Shown piece after piece: positions 1 to 8,689 of a DNA stretch of 57,929 bases; within the stretch, counting starts at the first letter, position 1; each line of letters opens with the position of its first letter. The notes under the pieces were generated by a model that did not search any database, was not told the origin of the DNA, and was given only the letters and a program-made list of their open reading frames with translations. The DNA is taken from NCBI GenBank assembly GCA_964558795.1, contig CAZLFJ010000001.1:6175-64103 (forward strand), in the 5' to 3' direction. The stretch is from Candidatus Woesearchaeota archaeon. Lineage in GTDB: Archaea > Nanobdellota > Nanobdellia > Pacearchaeales > GW2011-AR1. A program made the position numbers and the translations under genes.

Positions 1-2633
1 CCTTCAGGAATTAAAGATTCAGATTCAACAAACTGCAAAATACCTCCTGGAACGCTTGAGCGAACAAAATATCTGTCATTAGATTTGTTGTGAAAAAGTA
101 AATCTTCTCCACTAAATTCTCCGTGAACTAAGGCCTCTCTAGCATCAAAATAAAATTTTTTAGCCATATCAAAATCTCCTTGTAAAAGATTTTCAAGCAT
201 AGGTCCAAGAGTTCTAGATTCAAAGGCAGATAAATGAAATGCTGGATTGTCGCTAAGCTTAATATGAGAATAGAATTTACCTTTTTTGTAATAAGGATTA
301 TCCGAACAAAAAAGTCTAGAAATATTGTCTACTGCAACTAATGGACAATCTGGCCTTGAAAGTTCTGAAAGATTTCCTCCAGCCAAATAAAGATAATTTT
401 CTTCTTGAGCAATTGCACGAATTCCGTTCGCAGATAAAAAATCATTGATTTTTGCAAATTCTCTTCTTAATAAATCATTAATAATCAAGCCAGTTCCATC
501 ACCAAAACCTCTTGTCAGAGAACTTTTGTTTGGATAAACATCAAAGTTTCCAATTAGTCTACGCTCCGCAGAAGACTTCTTTGCAAAATAATTTATAATT
601 TCTAAAGCAGTGGTTTCATTTAAGCCATTACATCTTACAAAGTTTCTAAATGAGGGTCCAGTGGTTCTTTCAAGACCTTTATGAGAGAGCCTACCACCGA
701 ATAAAGCCTTCAGATCGTCAGGTTCTGAAGATTTTGCTTTCATTCTAAGATCATGAAAAGCTCCCTCAATTTCAGAGGGTTTAATTTCTCCAGCCAAATT
801 CAACATACTAGTTGTTTGAAGAAGATAATCTCCAAAATATTCTCTAAGCCATTTTGAAAGAGCTGTAGAATATTGCTCTATAAAGAACAATCTTTGTTTA
901 TCTTCTCTGTGCGCATCCCTATATTCATAAAATTTCTCTGCCACTGGAAAGCGATGTAAAACAATTTCTCTTAAAATATTTCCAATAGGAATATATGCTT
1001 TCACAACATCCAAGGTAAGTCCTTGCTGAGGTTTTAGATGAATCCCTCTTTCTGTAACAAAACGAGTAAATGCCTCACGAGATTTATTCCGTTTATTTTG
1101 CATAGCAGTAGTATTTCCATTTGGTGGAATCTGGTCTCTATATATTCCAAGCTGATCAAAAAATATTTTTTCTTGTGCTTCATTTACCGAAGAAGGAGAG
1201 TGAAGAAGTCTCTCGGGACTAATGTTGAATATTTGTGCAATAGCTAGAACATCTTCAAGGTTTCTGCGAAAAGAAGGTGAAGCAAGAACTTTTTCAACTG
1301 GACCGCGAATGTCATCTGTTAAATAGCTTGCGATCTTTCTTTTATCATCAGTGGTTCCCTCTTCTAGTTTTTCCATTTCATCATAAGAAATAGATTTTTC
1401 TGCTCCTACCATCATCTCAAGTTTTGCATTGAAATCGTATGCGTGTGCGATCTTAAACCATCTCATTGTGTCTAAAACAAGCCGATCATCGATTCCAAGT
1501 CTTTCAAAAAAAGGAGTTGTAACTTTATAGAGCGGGGGAGCCTCGCCTTCACCGATTCCAAAACCTGCACAAGATTCTCTAAGTTTTGTTAGATCAAATC
1601 TAGCATTGTGTGCAGAAACAGCTATAGGATTGAGTGCGCGAATTCTCCTAGCAATGGCATCAATTTGAGAGCGCTCATCAGCATGGGAAAAAATTCCAAA
1701 TTCTCCAAGTGATTCGAGACCTATGTCGTGAAGTGTATCTATGTGGTAGAGGGGTTTTTCACCAGAGAGAAGACAAGAACCAACCCAGCTAATTAAAGGG
1801 TTTTCCCTTCTAAATCTTGGAATTTCAATATCTAAAAAGAAAATAGAATCTCTAAAAATCTCTTTTGCAGTTATCATTCTTCCCTGTTCTAAAAAGCTAA
1901 AATCTTCTGATTCTAGTTTTAACAGATCTTTATTATTTTTCTTTGCAAGTTCTCTATAAACCAGTCTTCCATCTTTTCCAAGAACTGCGTTTCCTGTGAT
2001 TAATCTTGTTTGAACATCTAAAACTCTGTCAATCATTTCAGAAGGCATTCTTCGTACTCTGCTTTGATCAAGTAAATCAATGACCCTATCTTGATTAGAA
2101 CCATCAAAAACCATTCCAGCTCTGAGAAGAGCGTTAAAGGCTGTTCCAGCGTAACCTGGATTATATACTTCAGAAAGTTGACGCTTAATATGTTCTAATT
2201 CTGTTTGTAAATCTTGTTTCAACTCAAGAGCCATTTTTAGATTGTTTGGTAAGGGAACAAAGTGCCAAGGACACTTAAGTTTAAATCTTGCTTGTTTGGT
2301 ATAGTTTGCTCTTACAAATTCTCCAGGCAATTTTGCTTTAGAAGTAACTGGCAAATCTAGTTGATAAACAAGCCAGTCTTTAGAAACAACCCTTGAAGAA
2401 TTTTGTGTTGTTTGGATAGTTCTAATTTCTTGATGTTTAGATTGGGCAAGTTTTTCTTTTAAGATATCGAGAGCTATATGGGCATTTTTATCTTTTTTTC
2501 TACCAAGTTTACAACAAAATGTATGAGAATAGTTTGGGAAAGAAACCTCTCCTAGATTTCTAAATCTAGCTACAAGTTCTCCACTATGACTGTCAACTGA
2601 AAGTCCGGTAAGAAGAGTTTCTAAATCTTCCAT
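1..2633 (-). CDS. Family B DNA polymerase-like protein. N-terminal ~877 codons only; the C-terminus runs off the left edge. Absent from the ORF track because there is no stop in the window.
   Basis: Manual translation of the minus strand from ATG 2633 stays open to position 3. DEDDy exonuclease motifs: FFLDIEI (D268/E270, nt 1824-1832), SAHNARFDL (N343/D347, nt 1593-1607), SYLTDD (Y437/D441, nt 1311-1325). PolB motif-A-like LDVVKAYIP (D542, nt 1008-1010); motif-B-like SKWLREYFG; KxY-like YYKKGKFY. The motif C position reads QEEN (nt 396-407) instead of DTD. TATA-like cttaaaag lies 29 nt upstream (2655-2662). Confidence 0.55.
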   Translation of the reverse strand, partial: MEDLETLLTGLSVDSHSGELVARFRNLGEVSFPNYSHTFCCKLGRKKDKNAHIALDILKEKLAQSKHQEIRTIQTTQNSSRVVSKDWLVYQLDLPVTSKAKLPGEFVRANYTKQARFKLKCPWHFVPLPNNLKMALELKQDLQTELEHIKRQLSEVYNPGYAGTAFNALLRAGMVFDGSNQDRVIDLLDQSRVRRMPSEMIDRVLDVQTRLITGNAVLGKDGRLVYRELAKKNNKDLLKLESEDFSFLEQGRMITAKEIFRDSIFFLDIEIPRFRRENPLISWVGSCLLSGEKPLYHIDTLHDIGLESLGEFGIFSHADERSQIDAIARRIRALNPIAVSAHNARFDLTKLRESCAGFGIGEGEAPPLYKVTTPFFERLGIDDRLVLDTMRWFKIAHAYDFNAKLEMMVGAEKSISYDEMEKLEEGTTDDKRKIASYLTDDIRGPVEKVLASPSFRRNLEDVLAIAQIFNISPERLLHSPSSVNEAQEKIFFDQLGIYRDQIPPNGNTTAMQNKRNKSREAFTRFVTERGIHLKPQQGLTLDVVKAYIPIGNILREIVLHRFPVAEKFYEYRDAHREDKQRLFFIEQYSTALSKWLREYFGDYLLQTTSMLNLAGEIKPSEIEGAFHDLRMKAKSSEPDDLKALFGGRLSHKGLERTTGPSFRNFVRCNGLNETTALEIINYFAKKSSAERRLIGNFDVYPNKSSLTRGFGDGTGLIINDLLRREFAKINDFLSANGIRAIAQEENYLYLAGGNLSELSRPDCPLVAVDNISRLFCSDNPYYKKGKFYSHIKLSDNPAFHLSAFESRTLGPMLENLLQGDFDMAKKFYFDAREALVHGEFSGEDLLFHNKSNDRYFVRSSVPGGILQFVESESLIPE

Positions 2634-2763
2634 TAAAATAAAATGTTAGGGATTCTTTTAAGGATTGTTGTGATGGGGGATTGAGGGTTTAGGGAGTTTT
2701 GTTATGTTGATGAGGGATTCTTTTATCTAGAAGGTCGATGATTAAAAACTCACTTTTTCTTTT

Positions 2764-3048
2764 CTAAAATATCTTTCTTCTATCTATCCCTCTAGTAATC
2801 TTCCCCAATCCAATCTCATACTCCTTCCCAACCTTCAACCCCACAAACTTAACCTTCATCTTTCTTGCATCTTTGGAATAACCATTTTTAAAAAGAATAA
2901 AATCAAACTTCTTTGGCTTCCCATTTGAGTCAAAAAGTCTCTTGGTCCAGTAAGGTTTAATCTCTCTATATTCGACTTTCTTTTTCCCAGAAAGGATTTC
3001 ATCAAACCATTTTTTCATAAGAGTTAGGTGGAGAATTTTCTCAGTCAT
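2764..3048 (-). CDS. ASCH-domain protein
   Basis: 94 aa. LHLTLMKKWFDEILSGKKKVEYREIKPYW resembles the N-terminal signature of ASCH (ASC-1 homology) beta-barrel proteins. Lies 13 nt downstream of abiEii on the same strand. Confidence 0.55.
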   Translation of the reverse strand: MTEKILHLTLMKKWFDEILSGKKKVEYREIKPYWTKRLFDSNGKPKKFDFILFKNGYSKDARKMKVKFVGLKVGKEYEIGLGKITRGIDRRKIF

Positions 3049-3061
3049 CTTCTTTAATGTT

Positions 3062-3997
3062 CTATAGGTCTGAAAAATCTAGTTTAATTAAGAATTCTTT
3101 TATTTCTTGAAAGAATATTTTGTATTCCTCTAGATCATATTCCCTTAAATTCATGGTGTCTATTTCTTCACCTATCTCTTTTTCTAATGTAAGAAATTTC
3201 TCTTTTATTAGTCCTATTTTTTCTAATTCTTTGTTCTTATCCTCTAAAAATCCAATTCCTTGTCTTATCTTTTGTTTTATTCTTTCTTCTGATTGGTGTT
3301 TGTAGTTATGGCCTATTTTTTCTAGCAAGAATAAATCAAAAAGATCTCTTTCGTGGATTCTTCCTTGTCTAGTTAAGATTGCTCTTATTTTTTCAACTAA
3401 AATTTCTTCAGGAGAGTAAGAAAGCAAGGTTGTGTCTTTTAGGGGAAAAATTAGACTTTCTGAATTGGGATTTAGATGTTTTAGAGAGATAGTTCTTGGT
3501 TCATCAAAAAGTTCTTCAAGAAAGTTTATTTCTATTTTTATAGGGGTTTGATCTTGTTTATCTAAATAAAGATTAAATCTTGTATATGTAGTTGCTCCCT
3601 TCTTTGGACAATACTTGTTTTGTTCTTGCTTATTTATTTCATCGGAGTCAAAATCAAAAGAATACTTGTTGGCTATTTTTTGCATTTCAGGCAAGAATTC
3701 TTGCTTTAGATATCCTTTAATAAATTGTTTTTTCTGATTCTTGGTTGTTTTATTGATTTCTTTGTTGTCTGAGAAAGTAAAATCTAAATCCTCCGAAAGT
3801 CGATTACACTCTAGAAATGTTTTTGATAAAAGAGTTCCTCCTTTGAAGATTAGTTTTGAGAAAGGCGAGTTTTTATTTTGTTTTATATGTTCCGACATTT
3901 CATATAAGATATAGCTTAGAGCCAAATCTTTTTTTATCATTTCAATTGTAACTTTCTTCTTCTTTGTTTCCCCTATATATTTTTCAGGAATTATCAT
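3062..3997 (-). CDS. abiEii: AbiEii/AbiGii-family nucleotidyltransferase toxin (DUF1814)
   Basis: 311 aa. FKGGTLLSKTF...RLSEDLDFTF matches the GG-T...SEDLDF nucleotidyltransferase core typical of DUF1814 type IV toxins. Confidence 0.7.
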   Translation of the reverse strand: MIIPEKYIGETKKKKVTIEMIKKDLALSYILYEMSEHIKQNKNSPFSKLIFKGGTLLSKTFLECNRLSEDLDFTFSDNKEINKTTKNQKKQFIKGYLKQEFLPEMQKIANKYSFDFDSDEINKQEQNKYCPKKGATTYTRFNLYLDKQDQTPIKIEINFLEELFDEPRTISLKHLNPNSESLIFPLKDTTLLSYSPEEILVEKIRAILTRQGRIHERDLFDLFLLEKIGHNYKHQSEERIKQKIRQGIGFLEDKNKELEKIGLIKEKFLTLEKEIGEEIDTMNLREYDLEEYKIFFQEIKEFLIKLDFSDL

Positions 3998-4659
3998 GGT
4001 AATGTCAATTTATTGTTTTTTAGTTGTTTTGAAACTTCTTTTTCAACAAATTTATATTTTGAATAAAAAGCTAAGTAAGCTTTAATTTTTTCAAGATTTA
4101 ATTCTTTTATATCGAAGTCGCTTATAGGAGACTTTGCTTTTTTATAAAATATTTCATCAAGGAAAGTTTTTTCTAGGTCTGAGTAGAAAAAATTATTATT
4201 TGTTTTGTTTAGTGCTAGGTTTATGATTAGTTGTTTTGGAAATTTGATTAATTCTACTTCTATGTTATTTATTTTTCTTTTTAGCTTGAATTTAGTGTTG
4301 ATGATTTTAATTTTGTTTAAGCTCTGCCATGTTAATTTATTAAGATATTTAGCAAGAGATAGTCCGACATAGTAAGGAATCTTTTTATTTTCTAAGAAAC
4401 GAAAAACAAGTTCATATTCTTCAATTTTTCCGGTTTTCCAGCCTAGAAATTCTTCTTGGTTTAGAATATACCATTCTTTGTTGAAGATATATTTTATTTT
4501 TGATTTTCTTAAAATATCAAATACCTTATCGAAATCTTTTTCTTTGATTTTCCACATTTCTTGAAATTCTTTGTAGTTCTTTTCAATTTCGAGCTTTGAA
4601 GCTGTCTTTACCTTTCTTTCTATTAAGTACAACCAAAATCTTTCTGCCTTGTTTTCCAT
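3994..4659 (-). CDS. abiEi: Putative AbiEi-like antitoxin/transcriptional regulator
   Basis: 221 aa, immediately upstream of abiEii with an ATGA stop/start overlap (3994-3997). Size and position fit AbiEi, but the sequence itself is not diagnostic. TTTATAAA at 4681-4688 starts 29 nt from ATG 4659. Confidence 0.4.
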   Translation of the reverse strand: MENKAERFWLYLIERKVKTASKLEIEKNYKEFQEMWKIKEKDFDKVFDILRKSKIKYIFNKEWYILNQEEFLGWKTGKIEEYELVFRFLENKKIPYYVGLSLAKYLNKLTWQSLNKIKIINTKFKLKRKINNIEVELIKFPKQLIINLALNKTNNNFFYSDLEKTFLDEIFYKKAKSPISDFDIKELNLEKIKAYLAFYSKYKFVEKEVSKQLKNNKLTLP

Positions 4660-4680
4660 ATTTTAATAATAATTAGCTTA

Positions 4681-4688
4681 TTTATAAA
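4681..4688 (-). promoter_or_regulatory. TATA box of the abiEi-abiEii-ASCH operon
   Basis: Palindromic tttataaa, exactly 29 nt upstream of ATG 4659. Confidence 0.55.
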
Positions 4689-4808
4689 CTTTTCTATAAA
4701 TATGGAAGATTTTATTCCATATTTCATGTATTTTAGTTATTTTAGGTTGATTAAGAGAGAATTTGGAAGGATTAAGAGTCTTTGAGTAGGTTTAAGAACT
4801 TGGTTGCT

Positions 4809-4829
4809 CCTATCGCCTATAGCGATAGG
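4809..4829. repeat. Perfect 8-bp-stem inverted repeat (CCTATCGC-ctata-GCGATAGG)
   Basis: Read directly. Lies between the end of the 4921-5396 gene and the abiE promoter. Could be a terminator hairpin or a protein binding site. Confidence 0.4.
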
Positions 4830-4920
4830 GTAGAGTTTATCTTTTTCTAGATCTTTTGAAGAAAGTTTTTTTGATATCTTCTCTTAAAAGCAGTCTCTGA
4901 TCTTTGCAAGTAGTTATCTC

Positions 4921-5396
4921 TCATCCTAGCACCTTTTCCAAATCTGTCTCAAACAATTTCTCTCGAACGTCTGGTGAAACAGAGGACATAAGCTCTTTGA
5001 AATTCCTAAACTCCGGCTCGTCCCCATCTCCATCCCAAGGATATGGAGCATATTCACAGGTAAATTCCAACTTCTGGTTGTTTGGGTTGATAAGCCAATG
5101 AACAACATATTCTGGAATAACAATATCCTCTCCCAGAGAATATATTCTAAATCTAATATCCCGTCTTTTGAAATCCCAAAAACCTACTTGAAAGGGCAAA
5201 CTAAAATCTGTTAACAATTCTTCAAAAGCATGCCCATCACTCTTAGCAATCAAATGAACTTGGGTGGTTCGATAGTATATGCAGGAATCGTACTTCTAAA
5301 GGGGCCTATGGCTCTTCCAGGAAATCTACTAGTTAATCTAGTCGGAGTTATTTCTCCTAGTTGTTCATATGTTGACGGCCAAGGTTCACTTATCAT
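4921..5396 (-). pseudogene. Hypothetical protein gene split by a 1-nt frameshift
   Basis: ATG 5396 has a TATA-like cttaaaaa at -29 (5418-5425). It opens a 48-codon frame, MISEPWPSTYEQLGEITPTRL...EPPKFI*, that stops at 5252-5254. The 110-aa track ORF (4921-5253, TTG start) continues in the adjacent frame. Adding one T to the TTT at about 5254-5257 fuses them. Confidence 0.4.
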
Positions 5397-5570
5397 AATT
5401 ATTTAAATCCTTCTTTCTTTTTAAGGTTTCTTCAAAACCTTCTGCAATCCAAGTATTTCTAAACCTCTAGGTCTAAAAGAGACTCTAAAAATAAGCAAAA
5501 TTGCTCCGTTTTCACTTCCGCATTTTGAGGGATCTAGCTAAATTTCCTAAATTATATATCTATTAAAAGT

Positions 5571-6041
5571 CTAATTCAATAACCAAATAGCCAAGTTTAA
5601 AACACTAGCAAAGCTTACCCAAAGCCAATAAGGGATTAATAGCAATCCAGAAACTTTAGATATTTTATAAAAACAGACAAAATTCAAGATGATTGTGATC
5701 CAAAGCAAGAAAATTACTATTGCAGCTAGTCCAGGACTTTGCATTCCAAAGAAAACAATACTCCAAATCCAATTCAATGCTAACTGAATAGCAAATATCA
5801 TATAGGCCTTATCTTTTAATCTTGTATCTTTCTTTGTAGTCCAAACTAAGAATAATGAAATTCCAATCATCAAATAAAGAATTGTCCAAACTGGTCCGAA
5901 AATCCAGTTAGGAGGATTAAAAGAGGGTTTGTTTAAGGTTAGATACCATCCAGAAATAGAACTTGCAGTTGCCAGAGAACTTGTAATTCCCACAATCTGA
6001 ACAACAATTACAGAGATTATTAACTTCAACCAGTTTTTCAT
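5571..6041 (-). CDS. tspO: TspO/MBR-family tryptophan-rich sensory protein
   Basis: 156 aa, five TM segments, W-rich. Family-typical motifs: WYLTLNKPSFNPPNWIFGPVWTILY, LALNWIWS, IPYWLWVSFASVLN. tatttaaa at 6063-6070 lies at -29. Confidence 0.8.
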   Translation of the reverse strand: MKNWLKLIISVIVVQIVGITSSLATASSISGWYLTLNKPSFNPPNWIFGPVWTILYLMIGISLFLVWTTKKDTRLKDKAYMIFAIQLALNWIWSIVFFGMQSPGLAAIVIFLLWITIILNFVCFYKISKVSGLLLIPYWLWVSFASVLNLAIWLLN

Positions 6042-6188
6042 AGAATCTTTAAGGGAACAACATATTTAAACTTTATTCAATCTCTAAATCTGCTTATGAA
6101 ATAGACAGTGTTATGATAGGCTAAAAGTTGTGTGGATAGAATTGACATGGAAAAAAAGATTTAAAGTATATCTTGAAGACTAATCATC

Positions 6189-6196
6189 TTTAAAAA
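6189..6196 (+). promoter_or_regulatory. TATA box of ddh
   Basis: tttaaaaa starts 29 nt before ATG 6218. This supports ATG 6218 over the TTG at 6203 used in the track. Confidence 0.5.
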
Positions 6197-6217
6197 TCTC
6201 TTTTGGTATTAATTTTT

Positions 6218-7219
6218 ATGAAAACGCGCGTGGCAATTGTAGGTTATGGGAATGTTGGTCGCGGAGTCTATCATGCAATTGAGAGAAACCAAGATATAGA
6301 GCTTTCTGGAATTTTAACAAAGAATACTAATCGAGTAAATGACGAAATGGTAAGAAAATACATGATAATTCCTGACGTCTTTTCTGCAGATTCCATGCAT
6401 CTAATTGAAGCTCTTGCTTCTAGAACAGATGTAGCAATTCTTTGCGGAGGTTCTGCAACAGAGCTACCTAAACAAGGACCCAACTATGCAGTTTATTTTA
6501 GTACTGTAGACAGTTTTGATACCCATGCTGATATTTTAGATTATGATAGGATGATGAATGGGGTTGCAAGATTTCATAAACATACCTCTGTTATAAGTGC
6601 TGGATGGGATCCTGGAACGTTTTCATTGGAAAGAGATTTAGGAAACTCATTTATTCCAGGTTCAAAAGCATATACTTTCTGGGGCAAGGGAGTAAGTCAG
6701 GGTCATTCTCAAGCAGTAAGGGCTGTTGATGGTGTTTTGAACGGGATCCAATACACTGTTCCAGCCCAGGCGGCCTTAGATGTTGTTAGAAGTGGAGCAA
6801 ATCCTGAAATAACAACAAGACAAAAACACACACGAGAAGTTTTCATTGCTTTAAAGCCTGGAGCAGATGAAACTAAAGTAAGAAGAACTATCGTAGGAAT
6901 GCCAAAATATTTTGCAGATTATGATACTACTGTTACAATAGAATCTCCAGAAAGTATAGCTGAGAGATTGAAAACTATGCCTCATGGAGGTTTTGTTATG
7001 ACTTCTGGAAAAACTGGAAAAAACAATAATGCATTAATTGAATATCAAAATCAATGGGCTAGCAATCCAGAAGCAACAGGAAGTATCTTGGTTGCTTGTG
7101 CAAGAGCTTGTCATAGGCTAAATAAAGAAGGAGTCTATGGTTCTAAAACAATGTTAGATATTCCTCCTGCTTATTTTAGTCCTCTTTCTCGGGATGAGTT
7201 ACTAAAACATTGGATGTAA
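6218..7219 (+). CDS. ddh: meso-diaminopimelate D-dehydrogenase
   Basis: RVAIVGYGNVGRG Rossmann loop, then GGSATE, SAGWDPG, FWGKGVSQGHS and MPHGGF. These are colinear with Corynebacterium-type Ddh along the whole length. Confidence 0.75.
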   Translation: MKTRVAIVGYGNVGRGVYHAIERNQDIELSGILTKNTNRVNDEMVRKYMIIPDVFSADSMHLIEALASRTDVAILCGGSATELPKQGPNYAVYFSTVDSFDTHADILDYDRMMNGVARFHKHTSVISAGWDPGTFSLERDLGNSFIPGSKAYTFWGKGVSQGHSQAVRAVDGVLNGIQYTVPAQAALDVVRSGANPEITTRQKHTREVFIALKPGADETKVRRTIVGMPKYFADYDTTVTIESPESIAERLKTMPHGGFVMTSGKTGKNNNALIEYQNQWASNPEATGSILVACARACHRLNKEGVYGSKTMLDIPPAYFSPLSRDELLKHWM

Positions 7220-7363
7220 TATTTAGGGAGTAAATGAATGATTTTAATTGCTGGATATTAGACTCTAAGAACCTCGATTGGAAAGTTAAACTTTCTTGTC
7301 GTTCTCAACCTCCGAAGGAGCTTTGAGAGAAACCTATTTAAAGATTGGAATCTTAAAGAAAAC

Positions 7364-7843
7364 ATGACAGAAGAAAATAAAATCGATGGTTTGAAACCAA
7401 TAATCGTTGCTGTAAGTGGCTATTTCGATCCCCTTCATGTAGGACACCTTGAGTATTTTGGCAAGGCAAAATCCTTAGGAGATTTTCTTGTTGTTATTGT
7501 TAATAATGATGAGCAATTAAGAAAAAATAGAAATATTTCTCAACCATTTATGAAACAAGAAGATAGAATGGACTTAATAGATACAATCTCTTTTGTTGAT
7601 AAGGTTGTTCTGTCTATAGATAAAGATGCTAGTGTTTGTGAAACATTGAAATCCCTAAAACCCGATATATTTGCCAAGGGTGGAGATATGTTGTTTGGAG
7701 AAGTTCCAGAAACACAAATTTGTAAAGAACTTGGAATAAAGATGGTTCATGGACTTGGAGCAAAAATAAGATCTTTTAACACTAGTGGAAAAATTCAAGA
7801 GTATGTAGGGAAAGAAACAAAAATGAAAGAGTACAATGAATAA
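7364..7843 (+). CDS. Cytidylyl/adenylyltransferase-family protein (HldC/RfaE-domain-II- or TagD-like)
   Basis: VSGYFDPLHVGHLEYF (HxGH), VVIVNNDEQ, PDIFAKGGD. tatttaaa at 7335-7342 lies at -29. Confidence 0.7.
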   Translation: MTEENKIDGLKPIIVAVSGYFDPLHVGHLEYFGKAKSLGDFLVVIVNNDEQLRKNRNISQPFMKQEDRMDLIDTISFVDKVVLSIDKDASVCETLKSLKPDIFAKGGDMLFGEVPETQICKELGIKMVHGLGAKIRSFNTSGKIQEYVGKETKMKEYNE

Positions 7844-7853
7844 TTCTTTTAGA

Positions 7854-8621
7854 CTATTTATCTTGGGGAGCAAATTTTGGCAAAGCGTAACGAAATTCTA
7901 GTTTTCTATTATCTGTATCAAAAATAGCATATTGACCTTCAATAAATGCACCAACTGAAATAATATAGTTTTGCTTTGGATTTAATATTATCCCTCCATG
8001 TACCCTGAAAGTAGCAGAATCATCTATATTGGTACATTCTGCAGGAAAATTTCGGTATATACTAAAAACTAGAGGTGTATGTTCATGACCTCTAAATAAA
8101 ATCCAAGTATCATCTTCTTGCATTCTTTCAAAGTTTGCTACAATATTCTTTTCTGAATCTCTAACCCAGTGCATTCTTGTTCTTAGACACTCAGGAAACT
8201 CACTAAAGGGATTTACAACATCAATAAATCCGCAATGTGCATAAGAAACTTTTTCTCCACAAAGCACATCATTCAAAATAAGACCTGCGTTTCTACTTAA
8301 ATCTTTTTCATCCGAAGCACTAGCGATAAAATTTCTTTCAAATAAAAATTCTTGTTGATCCCATAAAGCGACATAGTCTTTAAAAGTCTTCTTTCCCATT
8401 TCTATAGATTTTACCTCTGTGTTTTTAACATAACCATAATCGTGATTGCCCACAACTAGTTTTTTAGGAATATCTAATCTTAAAAGTTCTCTCAATATTT
8501 CTGGAGTATCATAATCTCCCAAACAAACTAATTTTTCAATACCTCCAGAAGCTATTTCGTTTTGAATATCAACCACTGGACTGGCTCCATGCATATCTGA
8601 AATAAACATAATCCTTCCCAT
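7854..8621 (-). CDS. Calcineurin-like metallophosphoesterase
   Basis: Motifs in canonical order: ISDMHG, GDYD, GNHD, GHEH. cttataaa box at 8643-8650 lies at -29. Confidence 0.7.
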   Translation of the reverse strand: MGRIMFISDMHGASPVVDIQNEIASGGIEKLVCLGDYDTPEILRELLRLDIPKKLVVGNHDYGYVKNTEVKSIEMGKKTFKDYVALWDQQEFLFERNFIASASDEKDLSRNAGLILNDVLCGEKVSYAHCGFIDVVNPFSEFPECLRTRMHWVRDSEKNIVANFERMQEDDTWILFRGHEHTPLVFSIYRNFPAECTNIDDSATFRVHGGIILNPKQNYIISVGAFIEGQYAIFDTDNRKLEFRYALPKFAPQDK

Positions 8622-8689
8622 GTAACTTTAAAGTAGATACAACTTATAAATGTAATGTTTATGGATTCATAAAAAAATTAGTGAAAAAA

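Noticed and set aside
1038-1247. 69-aa plus-strand ORF, the only track entry in the first 2.6 kb
   Set aside because: It sits antisense inside the long PolB-like frame that the track omitted because that frame has no stop in the window.
5260-5275. GGTTCGA string resembling a tRNA T-arm
   Set aside because: No acceptor, D or anticodon stems can be drawn around it, and it lies inside the frameshifted CDS. I found no tRNA or rRNA gene anywhere in the window.
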